This document shows, one piece after another, positions 53,262 through 63,641 of a DNA stretch of 64,000 nt. The notes under the pieces are model-generated. The model saw nothing but the letters and a program-made list of their open reading frames with translations, did not search any database and had not been told where the DNA came from. Each line of letters starts with the position of its first letter. Within the stretch, counting starts at the first letter, position 1. The DNA is taken from assembly GCA_016215605.1 (NCBI GenBank), contig JACRJB010000006.1, forward strand, positions 3,842 to 67,841, in the 5' to 3' direction. Both the position numbers and the translations under genes were made by a program. The stretch is from Rhodopseudomonas palustris. GTDB taxonomy: Bacteria > Pseudomonadota > Alphaproteobacteria > Rhizobiales > Xanthobacteraceae.

Positions 53262-54368
53262 ATGAATGCAGTCGCTCGACAATCCGCGCCCCAATCCCAA
53301 CCGCGACGGCGGCTGCTGCTGGCGTCCGACCGCCGCGATCAAAGCGCCGATCTCGCTCGCATTCTGGCCGGAGTCGCCGACGTCGAAATCGTCTCCACCG
53401 CGCAGCTGCCGGAAGCCCCGGCGCGCGACCTGTCCGGCATCGTGGTCGATATCAATCTGCGTTCCGCCGAGAGCGTGCAGCTGGTCAAGCACCGGCTGCT
53501 CGGCGGCAGTTACCGGCCGTTCCCGCGGCTGTTCGTGCTGGCCGACGAACTGCATCACGGCTCGATGCAGGCCTGGGCGCTGGGCGCCACCGACACCATC
53601 GCCCGCCCGTTCGATCCGCGCGACCTGCTGGCCCGCATCCGCGCCGCGTTCCCGGACGCGTCGGAGATCACCGCCGACGCCCGCGCCGAGGCGATGAGCA
53701 AGGGCGTCGCCGCCGCGCACGGCGTGCTGGTCAAGATCTTCGAGCGGCTGCCGGCCGGCAAGCCGCTCAGCTATCAGGACGTGCTCGCGGCCGAGGGTCC
53801 GATCCTCAAGGCGATCAAGCGCAGCTCGCTGCGCGAATGGCTCGCCACCGTGGGGCGCCATCACAACGAGAGCTATCGGCTGGCGCTGTTCGCCACCGGC
53901 TACGCCGTCGCCTTCGCCCAGCATCTCGGCATGCGCGAGGAGGACCAGCGCCGCCTGACCCGCGCCGCGCTGCTGTTCGACGTCGGCAAGGCCTATGTCG
54001 ACGTCGGCGTGCTCGACGATCTGGACAATCTGCAGGGCGAGCGGCTGCGCAAATTCCGCGACCACCCGCGCCGCGGCTACGAGGCGCTCGCCGCCGAAGG
54101 CAGCTTTCCGCGCGAGACCCTCGACGTCGTGCTGCATCACCACGAACTGCTCGACGGCAGCGGCTATCCGGATGCGCTGCACGGCGACCAGATCAGCGAC
54201 ATCGTCCGCATCACCACCATCGTCGACATCTTCACGTCGCTGGTGGCGCAGCGCAAGAACCACGTCCCGCTGATGCCGCTGCAGGCGTTCTCCAGGATGG
54301 AAGCGATGGACGGCCAGATCGACCAGCGCCTGCTGCAGGCATTCCGCCCGGTCGCGCTCGGCGGGTAG
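53262..54368 (+). CDS. REC-like plus degenerate HD-GYP domain protein
   Basis: LLFDVGK (HD changed to FD), HHELLDGSGYP, IVDIFTSL. Confidence 0.8.
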   Translation: MNAVARQSAPQSQPRRRLLLASDRRDQSADLARILAGVADVEIVSTAQLPEAPARDLSGIVVDINLRSAESVQLVKHRLLGGSYRPFPRLFVLADELHHGSMQAWALGATDTIARPFDPRDLLARIRAAFPDASEITADARAEAMSKGVAAAHGVLVKIFERLPAGKPLSYQDVLAAEGPILKAIKRSSLREWLATVGRHHNESYRLALFATGYAVAFAQHLGMREEDQRRLTRAALLFDVGKAYVDVGVLDDLDNLQGERLRKFRDHPRRGYEALAAEGSFPRETLDVVLHHHELLDGSGYPDALHGDQISDIVRITTIVDIFTSLVAQRKNHVPLMPLQAFSRMEAMDGQIDQRLLQAFRPVALGG

Positions 54369-54403
54369 TTCGCCCCGCCATTCGGGGTCGCCATTTTGCG
54401 CTC

Positions 54404-54554
54404 CGTCATTCCGGAGTCGCGATGTTCCGCTCCGTCATTCCGGGGCGCGAACGCAGTTCGCGAACCCGGAATCCCGAGCTGTCCTGCTCCACCTGACGTT
54501 GCCAGAACCTCTGGATTCCGGGTTCACGCGCGTTGCGCGTGCCCCGGAATGACG
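54404..54554. repeat. Family B doublet (54433-54554) preceded by a duplicated head (54404-54414)
   Basis: cgtcattccgg twice; partner ggattccgggttc...gccccggaatgacg. Confidence 0.85.
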
Positions 54555-54566
54555 TGAGGCGAGCGC

Positions 54567-56153
54567 TTACCCCACCAGCATCTTGCGCAGTTCCGCCTTC
54601 GCCACCTTCTCCAGCGTCGAGCGCGGCATGTCGTCGACCAGGCGGACCTCGCGCGGGCGCTTGAAATCGGCGAGCGACTTGGCGCAGGCCGCGAGGATCC
54701 GGTCGGCGAGGTCCGGCCCGGCGCCGTCGACGCCGCCCGCCGGGATCACGAACACCACCGGCACCTCGTCGAGCATCGGGTGCTTCTTGGCGACGACCGC
54801 GGCCTCGCGCACGCCCGGCACGGTGATCACCACCTGCTCGATCTCCGACGCCGCGACGTTCTCGCCGCCGACCTTCAGCATGTCCTTGGCGCGGTCGCCG
54901 AATTTGATCGCGCCGTGCTCGAGCAGCGTGACGCGGTCGCCGGTGATGAAATAGCCGTGCTCGTCGAACGAGCCGCTCGTCGCGGCCTCGTTGTACAGAT
55001 ACTCCTTGAACAGCGACAGGCCGGGCACGCCCTTGATCAGCAGATTGCCGGTGTCGCCGACCTCAGTCGGCGCGCCGTCGTCGCCGACGATGCGCAGGCT
55101 GTATTCCGGCGCGGCGCGGCCGATCGACATCGGCGTGTTGGGCTGGTCGGCCTCGGCGATGATGCCGTGGGTGATGGTTTCGGTCATGCCCCACCAGCCG
55201 ATGATCTTGATGCCGAACCCGGCGAAGGCCGGCGGCTCGGCGACCGCGGTGCCCCACAGCCGGAAGCTGTGATGCTTCGGCGTCTCCTGCTCCATCAGCG
55301 CCTTCAGGCAGAACGCGATGTTGGAATTCCAGGTGCAGCGATGCTCCAGCGCCACCTTCCAGAACCGGCTCGACGAGAACCGCGGCTGCACCACGCAGGT
55401 GCCGCCGACCCACAGGCTGGCCAGCATCGAATAGGCCAGCGCATTGGTGTGGAACAGCGGCAGATACGCCAGATGCACGTCGTCGGCGCGCAGCGTCTGG
55501 TGCGCGGCGTTGATCTTGGCGCCCCACAGCGCGTTGGCGTGGGTCCACAGCACCGCTTTCGGCCGCGACGTCGTGCCCGAGGTGTACTGCACGCTGCACG
55601 GCGCGAACGGATCGGTCGGCCGCCGCGGCCGGTCGGCGCTGTCGCCGAACAGGCTGTCGAACGAGTCCGCCTTGGCGACCGGCTGGGCCGGCAGCGGCGA
55701 GCCGGGATCGTGCGCGATCACCGCGATCCAGCGCAGCTTCTTGCAATTGGTCGCGACCAGATCCGCATAGGCCGGCTGGGTGATGGCGGCGACGGCGTCG
55801 CAATGGTCGGCGAAGTAATCGATCTCGGCGGCGGCCGAGCGGGTGTTGGTGGTCACCGCCAGCGCGCCGAGCTCGACGCAGGCGAACCAGCTCAGCAGGA
55901 ACTCGGCGCAATTGTCGAGATGGATCAGCACCGCGTCGCCCGGCTTGACGCCGCGCGCGGCGAGGCCGGCGGCGAGCGCCCCGACCCGGTCGTGAAACTC
56001 GCCGTAGCTCCAGCTTCGTGCCGGCGCGTCGAACGGCGCCCAGACGATGAACGGATGGTCGCGCCGGGTCTGCGCGTGCAGCCGCAGCAGCCACGGCACA
56101 TCCATTCCGGCGAACGGACTGACGATCCCCGGCGCGTCGCTGAGTGGCGGCAT
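54567..56153 (-). CDS. AMP-binding acyl-CoA ligase (CaiC-like)
   Basis: YTSGTTSRPK, PLFHTNA, WGMTET, FITGD, KVGGENV. Confidence 0.9.
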   Translation of the reverse strand: MPPLSDAPGIVSPFAGMDVPWLLRLHAQTRRDHPFIVWAPFDAPARSWSYGEFHDRVGALAAGLAARGVKPGDAVLIHLDNCAEFLLSWFACVELGALAVTTNTRSAAAEIDYFADHCDAVAAITQPAYADLVATNCKKLRWIAVIAHDPGSPLPAQPVAKADSFDSLFGDSADRPRRPTDPFAPCSVQYTSGTTSRPKAVLWTHANALWGAKINAAHQTLRADDVHLAYLPLFHTNALAYSMLASLWVGGTCVVQPRFSSSRFWKVALEHRCTWNSNIAFCLKALMEQETPKHHSFRLWGTAVAEPPAFAGFGIKIIGWWGMTETITHGIIAEADQPNTPMSIGRAAPEYSLRIVGDDGAPTEVGDTGNLLIKGVPGLSLFKEYLYNEAATSGSFDEHGYFITGDRVTLLEHGAIKFGDRAKDMLKVGGENVAASEIEQVVITVPGVREAAVVAKKHPMLDEVPVVFVIPAGGVDGAGPDLADRILAACAKSLADFKRPREVRLVDDMPRSTLEKVAKAELRKMLVG

Positions 56154-56277
56154 GGTCTCTCCCTGTGCTGCGGCGCTTTCCGCGCGGCGGCAATTGGCCG
56201 CGGCGCTTCGCGCGTCTGTTGTTGGTTGCCTCGCCCTTGTGCCACCCGCGGCGGCATCGCGCAATTCAGTCCGCTGT

Positions 56278-56421
56278 CGTGTCCCGGACGCGATGCAGCA
56301 CGCAGTGCTGCTCCGCAGATCCGGGACCCCGGTTTGTTTGCGGCGCTCCAGCTCATCGGGGCCCCGGATCTGCAGCGCACCACGCCGCAACGGCGGCGCG
56401 CTGCGCAGCGTCCGGGGCACG
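56278..56421. repeat. Palindromic element family F
   Basis: Terminal inverted repeats cgtgtcccggacgc / gcgtccggggcacg with internal hairpins; single copy in window. Confidence 0.6.
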
Positions 56422-56546
56422 AACCTGTTAGTTCCCGTCCCGACGATGATTTGCCCATTCCCGCAGTGCAGCTTGAGCCGCCTGCAACCTTTGCTACACT
56501 TCCCATCGGACCGCGCGCCACGACGCGGCCGCACAGGGAGTGAACG

Positions 56547-57524
56547 ATGATCACACGCCGCAGCGCGATCCAGGCGATCGCGATGGCTGCCACGGCGAGC
56601 ACGCTGCTGCCGCGCCGCAGCTTCGCGCTCGACTACCCGACCCGTCCGGTCCGGTTCATCGTCGGCTATCCGGCCGGCGGCGCCACCGACATCCTGGCGC
56701 GCCTGATCGGCGCCAAGCTGTCGGAGCGGCTCGGCCAGCAATTCGTCATCGAGAACAAGCCGGGCGCCGGCAACAACATCGGCACCGAAGCGGTGGTGAA
56801 CGCGCCGGCGGACGGCTACACCATCCTGCTGGTCAATCCCGCCAACTACATCAACGCGTCGCTCTACGCCAAGCTCAACTTCGAATTCGTCCGCGACATC
56901 GCCGGCGTCGCCGCCTTCAACCGCACCGCCAATGTGATGACGGTCAACAGCCAGGTGCCGTCGAAGACCGTCGCCGAGTTCATCGACTACGTGAAGACCA
57001 ACCCCGGCAAGGTCAATCTCGCTTCGTCCGGCAACGGCACCTCGGTGCATCTGTCGGGCGAGATGTTCATGGCGATGACCGGGGTGAAGATGCAGCACGT
57101 GCCGTATCGCGGCGCCGCGCCGGCGATCACCGACATGCTCGGCGGCCAGGTGCAACTGATCTTCGACAACATGCCGTCGATCATCCAGCACATCCGCGGC
57201 GGCTCGCTGCGCGCGCTGGCGGTGACCACCACCGAGCGCTCCGCGCTGCTGCCGGACGTGCCGACGCTGGCCGAAACCGTGCCTGGCTACGAGGCCAGCG
57301 CGCTGTTCGGCATGGGCGCGCCGAAGGCGACGCCGCCGGAGATCGTCGCGAAGCTCAACTCCGAGGTCAACGCGGTGCTGGGGGATCCCGCCGTCAAGGC
57401 GCGCCTCGTCGAACTCGGCGGCGCGCCGCTGATCGGCCCGCCGGCGGCGTTCGACAAGATGATCGCGGACGAGACCGCCAAATGGAGCAAGGTGGTGAAA
57501 TTCGCCGGCCTCAAGGTCGAGTAG
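56547..57524 (+). CDS. Bug/TctC tripartite tricarboxylate transporter substrate-binding protein
   Basis: Tat-like TRRS, YPTRPVRFIVGYPAGGATD, ENKPGAG, VPYRGAAPA. Confidence 0.92.
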   Translation: MITRRSAIQAIAMAATASTLLPRRSFALDYPTRPVRFIVGYPAGGATDILARLIGAKLSERLGQQFVIENKPGAGNNIGTEAVVNAPADGYTILLVNPANYINASLYAKLNFEFVRDIAGVAAFNRTANVMTVNSQVPSKTVAEFIDYVKTNPGKVNLASSGNGTSVHLSGEMFMAMTGVKMQHVPYRGAAPAITDMLGGQVQLIFDNMPSIIQHIRGGSLRALAVTTTERSALLPDVPTLAETVPGYEASALFGMGAPKATPPEIVAKLNSEVNAVLGDPAVKARLVELGGAPLIGPPAAFDKMIADETAKWSKVVKFAGLKVE

Positions 57525-57619
57525 CAGCCGATCGCGCGGCCTGCCCGCAAGGCCGGCCGGATCGCGCACCGCCGCGATCCGGTCCCGCGCCTGCGACAAT
57601 CCATCGTGACTCCAATCCC

Positions 57620-57644
57620 GGAACGTTCGCGGCAGCGCATCGTT
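57620..57644 (+). promoter_or_regulatory. EcfG (general stress) promoter
   Basis: GGAAC-N16-CGTT, about 50 bp upstream of the DUF3551 gene. Confidence 0.75.
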
Positions 57645-57695
57645 GGCTGGACATGTCGGCACGGTGACATGCCCAACCCCGAAAGGAGATCGACG

Positions 57696-57977
57696 ATGAA
57701 GAGTCTGGCTTTGGCCGCGATGGCCCTCGGTGCGCTCGGCGCGACGCAGCTGATGACCGCGCGGCCCGCGGCCGCGCAGGTCGAATATCCGTACTGCAAG
57801 CAGGGTGCGCAGCAGGGCTATCCGGGCAACTGCAATTTCGTCAGCTTCGAATCCTGCCGCTATGCGGCGCAGGGCACCGGCGGCAATTGCGTCGCCAACC
57901 CGCGCTACAGCGCCTGGGGCGGCGGCTATGGCAATGCCTATGGCTACGCGCCGGCCTACGGCCCGTCGGACTACTGA
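57696..57977 (+). CDS. DUF3551-like small secreted Cys protein
   Basis: Signal peptide; YPYC..GNCNF.S.E.C...A.G.GGNC..NP; GAAAGGAG RBS. Confidence 0.8.
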   Translation: MKSLALAAMALGALGATQLMTARPAAAQVEYPYCKQGAQQGYPGNCNFVSFESCRYAAQGTGGNCVANPRYSAWGGGYGNAYGYAPAYGPSDY

Positions 57978-57981
57978 CCGC

Positions 57982-58209
57982 TCAGACGCCGCGTTCCTTG
58001 CGGCTGAAGTTCGACAGATGGCCCTCGCGCGCGGCCTGCGCGCGGGCGGCCCTGACCAGCCCCTTGCTCTTGCCGGGCGGCGCGGGGCGCGAGATCAGCC
58101 GCTCCATCCTGCGGCTACCGCAGGACGGGCAACGCGGCTTGTCGGAAAATCCGACCAGCAGTTCGCTGTCCGTGTCGCAATCCCCACAATGAAACCCGTA
58201 AAGCGGCAT
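57982..58209 (-). CDS. FmdB-family zinc ribbon protein
   Basis: MPLYGFHCGDC...CPSCGS..MERLIS. Confidence 0.85.
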   Translation of the reverse strand: MPLYGFHCGDCDTDSELLVGFSDKPRCPSCGSRRMERLISRPAPPGKSKGLVRAARAQAAREGHLSNFSRKERGV

Positions 58210-58259
58210 CGCCGCGCCTCCTGAAGCCGTTCGACAACGGCTTTGCAGGATCCGGACCA

Positions 58260-60116
58260 TTACCGCCGCGTGTTGTCGATCACCGCCAGCAGCGCCGCGC
58301 CGTAATGCTCCAGCTTCTTGTCGCCGATCCCCGGAATGCCGCGCAGCTCGTCGAGCGAGCGCGGCCGGGCGGCGGCGATGCCGTCCATCGTGGCGTCGTG
58401 CAGCACCACATAGGCCGGCACGCCGCGTTCGCGCGCCACCCCGGCGCGCCAAGCTTTGAGCGCCGCGAACAGCTCCGGATCGCCCGCGGTCTCGCGCGGC
58501 GCCGCGCCGACCAGATCGCCGCGGCGGGATTTCGCCCGCGGCGGCCGGCCGGCGGGCTGCTCGCGCAGCATCACCTGGCTCTCGCCCTTCAGCACCGCGC
58601 GCGAACTCTCGGTGAACTTCAGCGCGCCGAACGCCTCGCTGTCCGGCGCCAGATGGCCGAGCGACACCAATTGCCGGATCACCGCGCGCCATTGCTTCTC
58701 GTTGAACTCGCCGCCGATCCCGAACACCGAGAGCTTGTCGTGGCCGAATTGGCCGACGCGCTCGGTCAGCCGGCCGAGCAGCACGTCGATCAGGTGCTGC
58801 GCGCCGAACCGCTGGCCGGTGCGATAGGCGCAGGACAACAGCTTCTGCGCCGCCACCGTGCCGTCGATCACCTTGGGCGGTGTCAGGCAATTGTCGCAAT
58901 TGCCGCAGCGCTCCTGCGCCGCCGTCTCGCCGAAATAGCCGAGCAGCCGGGTGCGCCGGCAGCCGGTGGATTCGCACAGCCCGACCAGCGCGTCGAGCTT
59001 GCCCATCGACACCCGCTTGAAGGCGTCGGAGCCGGTCGACTCGTCGATCATCCGGCGCTGCTGCACGATGTCGCTGAGGCCGTAGGCCATCCACGCATCC
59101 GACGGCTTGCCGTCGCGGCCGGCGCGGCCGGTCTCCTGGTAATACGCCTCGATGCTCTTCGGCAAATCGAGATGCGCAACGAAGCGCACGTCCGGCTTGT
59201 CGATCCCCATGCCGAACGCGATGGTGGCGACGATCACCACGCCGTCCTCGTTGATGAAGCGGTCCTGGTTGCGCGCGCGGATCTCCGCCGGCAGCCCGGC
59301 GTGATACGGCAGCGCGGTGATGCCGGCCTTGCACAGCGTGTCGGCTGTGTCCTCGACCTTGGCGCGCGACAGGCAATACACCACGCCGGAATCGCCGACA
59401 TGCTTGTCGGCGATGAACGCCTTGAGCTGCGCCGGCGCGTTCTGCTTGTCGACGATGGCGTAGCGGATGTTCGGCCGGTCGAAGCTCGACACGAAGCACG
59501 GCGCGTCGGTGAGCGACAGCCGCTCGGCGATCTCGCGGCGGGTCAGCGCATCGGCGGTGGCGGTCAATGCGATCCGCGGCACATTGGGGAATTTGTCGGC
59601 GATCGCCGACAGGCCGACATATTCGGGCCGGAAGTCGTGGCCCCATTGCGACACGCAATGCGCCTCGTCGATCGCGAACAGCGACAGCTTCGCCCGCGCC
59701 AGCATCGAAAGACACCGCGGCGTCAGCAGGCGTTCGGGGGCGACGTAGAGCAGATCGAGTTCGCCGGCGAGCAATTGCCGCTCGATCGCGTCGGCTTCGG
59801 GGTAGGACAGCGACGAATTCAGCGCCGCGGCGCGCACGCCGGCCTCCAGCAGCCCGGCGACCTGGTCGCGCATCAGCGCGATCAGCGGCGACACCACGAT
59901 GCCGCAGCCGTTTCGCAACAGCGCCGGCAACTGGTAGCACAGCGACTTACCGCCCCCGGTCGGCATCAGCACCAGCGCATCGCCGCCATCGGCGACATGG
60001 CGGATGATCCGTTCCTGATGGCCGCGGAACGACGACAGCCCGAACACGTGATTCAGCGTCGACAGCATCCGGGCGTCGAGGTCGTCGTCGGTTTCAACGG
60101 CGGTGGAACGGATCAT
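58260..60116 (-). CDS. recQ: DNA helicase RecQ
   Basis: [45 protein letters not shown] domain. Confidence 0.96.
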   Translation of the reverse strand: MIRSTAVETDDDLDARMLSTLNHVFGLSSFRGHQERIIRHVADGGDALVLMPTGGGKSLCYQLPALLRNGCGIVVSPLIALMRDQVAGLLEAGVRAAALNSSLSYPEADAIERQLLAGELDLLYVAPERLLTPRCLSMLARAKLSLFAIDEAHCVSQWGHDFRPEYVGLSAIADKFPNVPRIALTATADALTRREIAERLSLTDAPCFVSSFDRPNIRYAIVDKQNAPAQLKAFIADKHVGDSGVVYCLSRAKVEDTADTLCKAGITALPYHAGLPAEIRARNQDRFINEDGVVIVATIAFGMGIDKPDVRFVAHLDLPKSIEAYYQETGRAGRDGKPSDAWMAYGLSDIVQQRRMIDESTGSDAFKRVSMGKLDALVGLCESTGCRRTRLLGYFGETAAQERCGNCDNCLTPPKVIDGTVAAQKLLSCAYRTGQRFGAQHLIDVLLGRLTERVGQFGHDKLSVFGIGGEFNEKQWRAVIRQLVSLGHLAPDSEAFGALKFTESSRAVLKGESQVMLREQPAGRPPRAKSRRGDLVGAAPRETAGDPELFAALKAWRAGVARERGVPAYVVLHDATMDGIAAARPRSLDELRGIPGIGDKKLEHYGAALLAVIDNTRR

Positions 60117-60201
60117 CGCAGCGGGCGGGGGAGAGGAGCCATGAGGCTCGTATAGCCCAATCGCACCGATTCTGCGCTGCGATGTTGGCCCGCCTCAAGA
60201 A

Positions 60202-60318
60202 CGTCATTCCGGGGCGCGCCAAAGGCGCGAACCCGGAATCCAGAGCTGAGGACACGTCCAGAGGATGAACAGCGCGAGATTCCGGGTTCGCTCGCTGCGC
60301 GGGCGCCCCGGAATGACG
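60202..60318. repeat. Family B doublet
   Basis: cgtcattccggggcgc...acccggaatccag and gattccgggttcg...gccccggaatgacg. Confidence 0.9.
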
Positions 60319-60376
60319 AAAGGACATGGAGAGCGTGGACTGGCGTTGTGCACTCCCTCTCCCCGCGCACGGCGCG

Positions 60377-60505
60377 CTCCCTCTCCCGCTTGCGGGAGAG
60401 GGTTGGGGTGAGGGCGCCCCAGGCAGTGACTCAATGACTCGTCGAGAGGAGTGCCCTCACCCGGATCGCTGCGCGATCCGACCTCTCCCGCAAGCGGGAG
60501 AGGTT
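60377..60505. repeat. Family C doublet
   Basis: ccctctcccgcttgcgggagagggttggggtgaggg...cctctcccgcaagcgggagagg. Confidence 0.85.
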
Positions 60506-60558
60506 ACATTGTGCCGGATCGCAGACATCATGCGAAAATCAAGTGGCGTATGATCGCC

Positions 60559-62109
60559 TCACACGATCCGCGTTTCCTTGTTCCCCCAGTAGCGGTCGCG
60601 CAGCAGTCGCTTGTACAGCTTGCCGGTCGGCAGCCGTGGCAGTTCCTCGAGGAAATCGATCGAGCGCGGCACCTTCTGGCGCGACAGCGACTGGCCGCAG
60701 AACGCGATCAGTTCCTGCGCCAGATCGCTGCCCGGCTCGACGCCCGGCATCGGCTGGATCACCGCCTTGACCTCTTCGCCGAGATCCTCGTTCGGCACGC
60801 CGAACACCGCGGCGTCGGCGACCTTGGGGTGGGTGATCAAGAGGTTCTCGCATTCCTGCGGATAGATGTTCACGCCGCCGGAGATGATCATGAAGGTGGC
60901 GCGGTCGGTGAGGTGCAGATAGCCGTCGTCGTCGACATAGCCGACGTCGCCGACCGTGCTCATCGTGCCGTCCTCCGAGCGCGCCTCGGCGGTCTTGGCC
61001 GGATCGTTGAAATATTCGAACGGCGTCGCGGTCTTGAACCAGATCTGCCCTGGCGTGCCTTTCGGGCAGGGCTGCATCCGGTCGTCGAGGATGTGCAGGT
61101 CGCCGAACATCACCTTGCCGACGGTGCCGCGATGCGCCAGCCATTCCTCGCTGTTGCAGGCGGTGAAGCCGAGGCCTTCGGTGGCGCCGTAATATTCGTG
61201 GATGATCGGTCCCCACCAGGCGATCATCTGCTCCTTGACCTGCGGCGGGCAGGGCGCGGCGGCGTGGATCGCGACTTCCAGCGTCGACAGATCGTACTTC
61301 CGGCGCACCTCCTCGGGCAGCTTCAGCATCCGCGAGAACATCGTCGGCACCAGCTGGCTGTGGGTGACCTTGTACTTTTCGATCAACGCCAGATAGTGCT
61401 CGGGATCGAAATGCTCCATCAGGATCACGGTGCCGCCGTCGCGGATGGTGAGGCCGACCGCGGCCTGCGGCGCCGAGTGATACAGCGGCGCCGGCGACAG
61501 ATAGATCATGTCGTTGCGATACTTCCACAGCATGTTGAGGAAGTGGAACAGCGGCAGCGGCTGCGACGGCGGCTGCTCCGGCAGCGGCCGCAGGATGCCC
61601 TTGGGCCGGCCGGTGGTGCCGGACGAATACAGCATCGCGGTGCCGAGGCTCTCGTCGGCGATCGGCGTGTCGGGCAGGCCGCGCGTCGCCTGCGCGAGGC
61701 CGACGATCCGCTCGCTCTCGCCGTCGCCGTCGGCGACCACGCACAGCGTCACGTTCGGGCATTCCTTCAGCGCCTCGCGGGCGACGTCGAGCTTCGCTTT
61801 CGAGGTGATCAGCGCCTTGGAGTCGCTGTTGGTCAGGATGTAGACCAGCTCGGCGGCAGTCAGATACGAATTGACGCAGGTGTAGTAGGAGCCGCTCCGC
61901 TCGCCGGCGCCGCAGGCCTCGAGATAGCGGTCGTTGTTCTCCATGAAGATCGAGAAGTGATCGAGCCGCTTCAGGCCGTGGTTGCGCAATAGATGCGCGA
62001 GGCGGTTGGTGCGCGCTTCGAGCTCCGCATAGCTCACGGCCGCGCCGGTCGAGGCCATGATGAAAGCGGGGCGGTCGGGATGGGTCTTCGCGAACTGGCC
62101 GGTGTACAT
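60559..62109 (-). CDS. AMP-binding acyl-CoA synthetase
   Basis: YSSGTTGRPKG, APLYHSAP, YGATEG, TVGDVG, ISGGVNIYP. Confidence 0.92.
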   Translation of the reverse strand: MYTGQFAKTHPDRPAFIMASTGAAVSYAELEARTNRLAHLLRNHGLKRLDHFSIFMENNDRYLEACGAGERSGSYYTCVNSYLTAAELVYILTNSDSKALITSKAKLDVAREALKECPNVTLCVVADGDGESERIVGLAQATRGLPDTPIADESLGTAMLYSSGTTGRPKGILRPLPEQPPSQPLPLFHFLNMLWKYRNDMIYLSPAPLYHSAPQAAVGLTIRDGGTVILMEHFDPEHYLALIEKYKVTHSQLVPTMFSRMLKLPEEVRRKYDLSTLEVAIHAAAPCPPQVKEQMIAWWGPIIHEYYGATEGLGFTACNSEEWLAHRGTVGKVMFGDLHILDDRMQPCPKGTPGQIWFKTATPFEYFNDPAKTAEARSEDGTMSTVGDVGYVDDDGYLHLTDRATFMIISGGVNIYPQECENLLITHPKVADAAVFGVPNEDLGEEVKAVIQPMPGVEPGSDLAQELIAFCGQSLSRQKVPRSIDFLEELPRLPTGKLYKRLLRDRYWGNKETRIV

Positions 62110-62176
62110 CGTGTCCCTCGTGGTGATGCGTGCCTGAGCTTCTGGTTGTTGTTGTTGAAGTCGACTAATCCCACTC

Positions 62177-62261
62177 CGTCATTGCGAGGAGCGAAGCGAC
62201 GAAGCAATCCAGAGCTAAGCGCTCGGGGCTTGTGGATTGCTTCGCTTCGCTCGCAATGACG
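62177..62261. repeat. Family D doublet
   Basis: cgtcattgcgaggagcgaagcgacgaagcaatccag and tggattgcttcgcttcgctcgcaatgacg. Confidence 0.9.
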
Positions 62262-62284
62262 GAACCGATGTCATCGCGCGTGCC

Positions 62285-63427
62285 TCACGCCGCCAGTTCG
62301 AGGATCTCGCGCACCTGCGCGGGACCGTCGATCTTGCGGGGGTTGCGCGGCACCCATGGCGTGCCCATCGCCTGGCTGGCGATGCGTTCGAACTGGTCGG
62401 GGCCGACGCCGACCTCGCGCAGCGAGCGCGGCATGCCGAGCACGCGGATCAGCGCGTCGAGCACGTCGCCGGCGTCCTCGCCGGGGTGGCCCATCGCGGC
62501 GGCGACCAGCGCCTGCCGCTCGGCATTGGCGGTCTTGTTCCAGCGCATCACCGCCGGCAGCATCACGCAGGAGGTGTGGCCGTGCGGCACGTCGAACACC
62601 GCGCCGAGCACGTAGCCGATGCCGTGGCTGGCGCCCATCGGCACCCCCGCCGCCAGCGCGCCCATCGACAGCCAGGTGCCGATCTGGCAGTCGAGCCGGG
62701 CGTCGAGATCGGTCGGGTCGGCCTTCACCCGCGGCAGCGCGCTCGCCAGCATCGCCAGCCCGCGCAGCGCCTGGGCGTCGCCGTAGGGATGCGACTCGCG
62801 CGAGCAGATGCCTTCGACGCAATGGTCGACCGCGCGAATCCCGGTCGACAGCCACAGCCATTCCGGCGTGTGCACCGTGATGGCGGGGTCGAGAATCGCG
62901 GCGCGCGGCATCACCAGCGGATGCGCGAACTTCTCCTTGACCCGCGTCGCCTCGTTGGTGACGCCGGCCATGGCGCTGAATTCGCCGCCGGAGATCGTGG
63001 TCGGCACGCTGATCTGCCGCACCGTCGGCGCCACCGGCGACGGCCGGTTGGCGACCCGGTCCATATCTTCGACGGTGGTGATGTCGTTGGCGAGGCAGAT
63101 CTGCACCGCCTTGGCGCCGTCGGTGATCGAGCCGCCGCCGACCGTGACGATCAGGTCGGCGTCCGCGGCCCGCGCCATCTCGGTGGCGGCGATGATGGCG
63201 CTGCGCGGCGAATGCGCCGGCATCGCGTCGAACAATGCGGCGCAGCGGCCGCCGAGCGCGGCCTTGATCCTGGCGATCTCGTCGGTGGTGCGGTTGAGGG
63301 TCCCCGAGACCATCAGCAGCGCGCGCTGCGCGCCGATCCTGTCCATCTGGGCGGCGACAGCCTCGGCCGCCGGCTGCCCGTAAACCACTTCCTCCATGGC
63401 GCCGAACACGACGCGTCCCGTCTGCAC
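62285..63427 (-). CDS. Iron-containing alcohol dehydrogenase (maleylacetate reductase-like)
   Basis: GGGSITDGAK, VPTTISGGE, DHCVEG, HGIGY, HGHTS. Confidence 0.88.
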   Translation of the reverse strand: MQTGRVVFGAMEEVVYGQPAAEAVAAQMDRIGAQRALLMVSGTLNRTTDEIARIKAALGGRCAALFDAMPAHSPRSAIIAATEMARAADADLIVTVGGGSITDGAKAVQICLANDITTVEDMDRVANRPSPVAPTVRQISVPTTISGGEFSAMAGVTNEATRVKEKFAHPLVMPRAAILDPAITVHTPEWLWLSTGIRAVDHCVEGICSRESHPYGDAQALRGLAMLASALPRVKADPTDLDARLDCQIGTWLSMGALAAGVPMGASHGIGYVLGAVFDVPHGHTSCVMLPAVMRWNKTANAERQALVAAAMGHPGEDAGDVLDALIRVLGMPRSLREVGVGPDQFERIASQAMGTPWVPRNPRKIDGPAQVREILELAA

Positions 63428-63641
63428 GTTTTTTCACTCCCAAGCTGGCCGCTTTTGCGAGGCCTTGGCGGCGATCCTAGCAGCCGCGCGGCGATCGGGA
63501 ACAAGAAAAATCGTCGCGCGCCCGGCTGCGTCCCACGCTCGTCGTCGGTAACATGAGACGTTTGTCGGATAGGCCTGTTATGGGGGTTGTCGATCCTCCG
63601 CGCCCATGTTGAATGCGCCCGGAACCAGGTGGGAGACAGGC

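Noticed and set aside
54567-57662. 1031-aa ORF as a fusion protein
   Set aside because: Only 54567-56153 is the ligase; the extension is the antisense frame of the Bug gene plus repeat F. The same applies to 57982-59940, where only the FmdB part is real.
63430-63641. Possible SAM-related riboswitch upstream of mtnP
   Set aside because: No recognisable SAM-II or SAM-SAH consensus.
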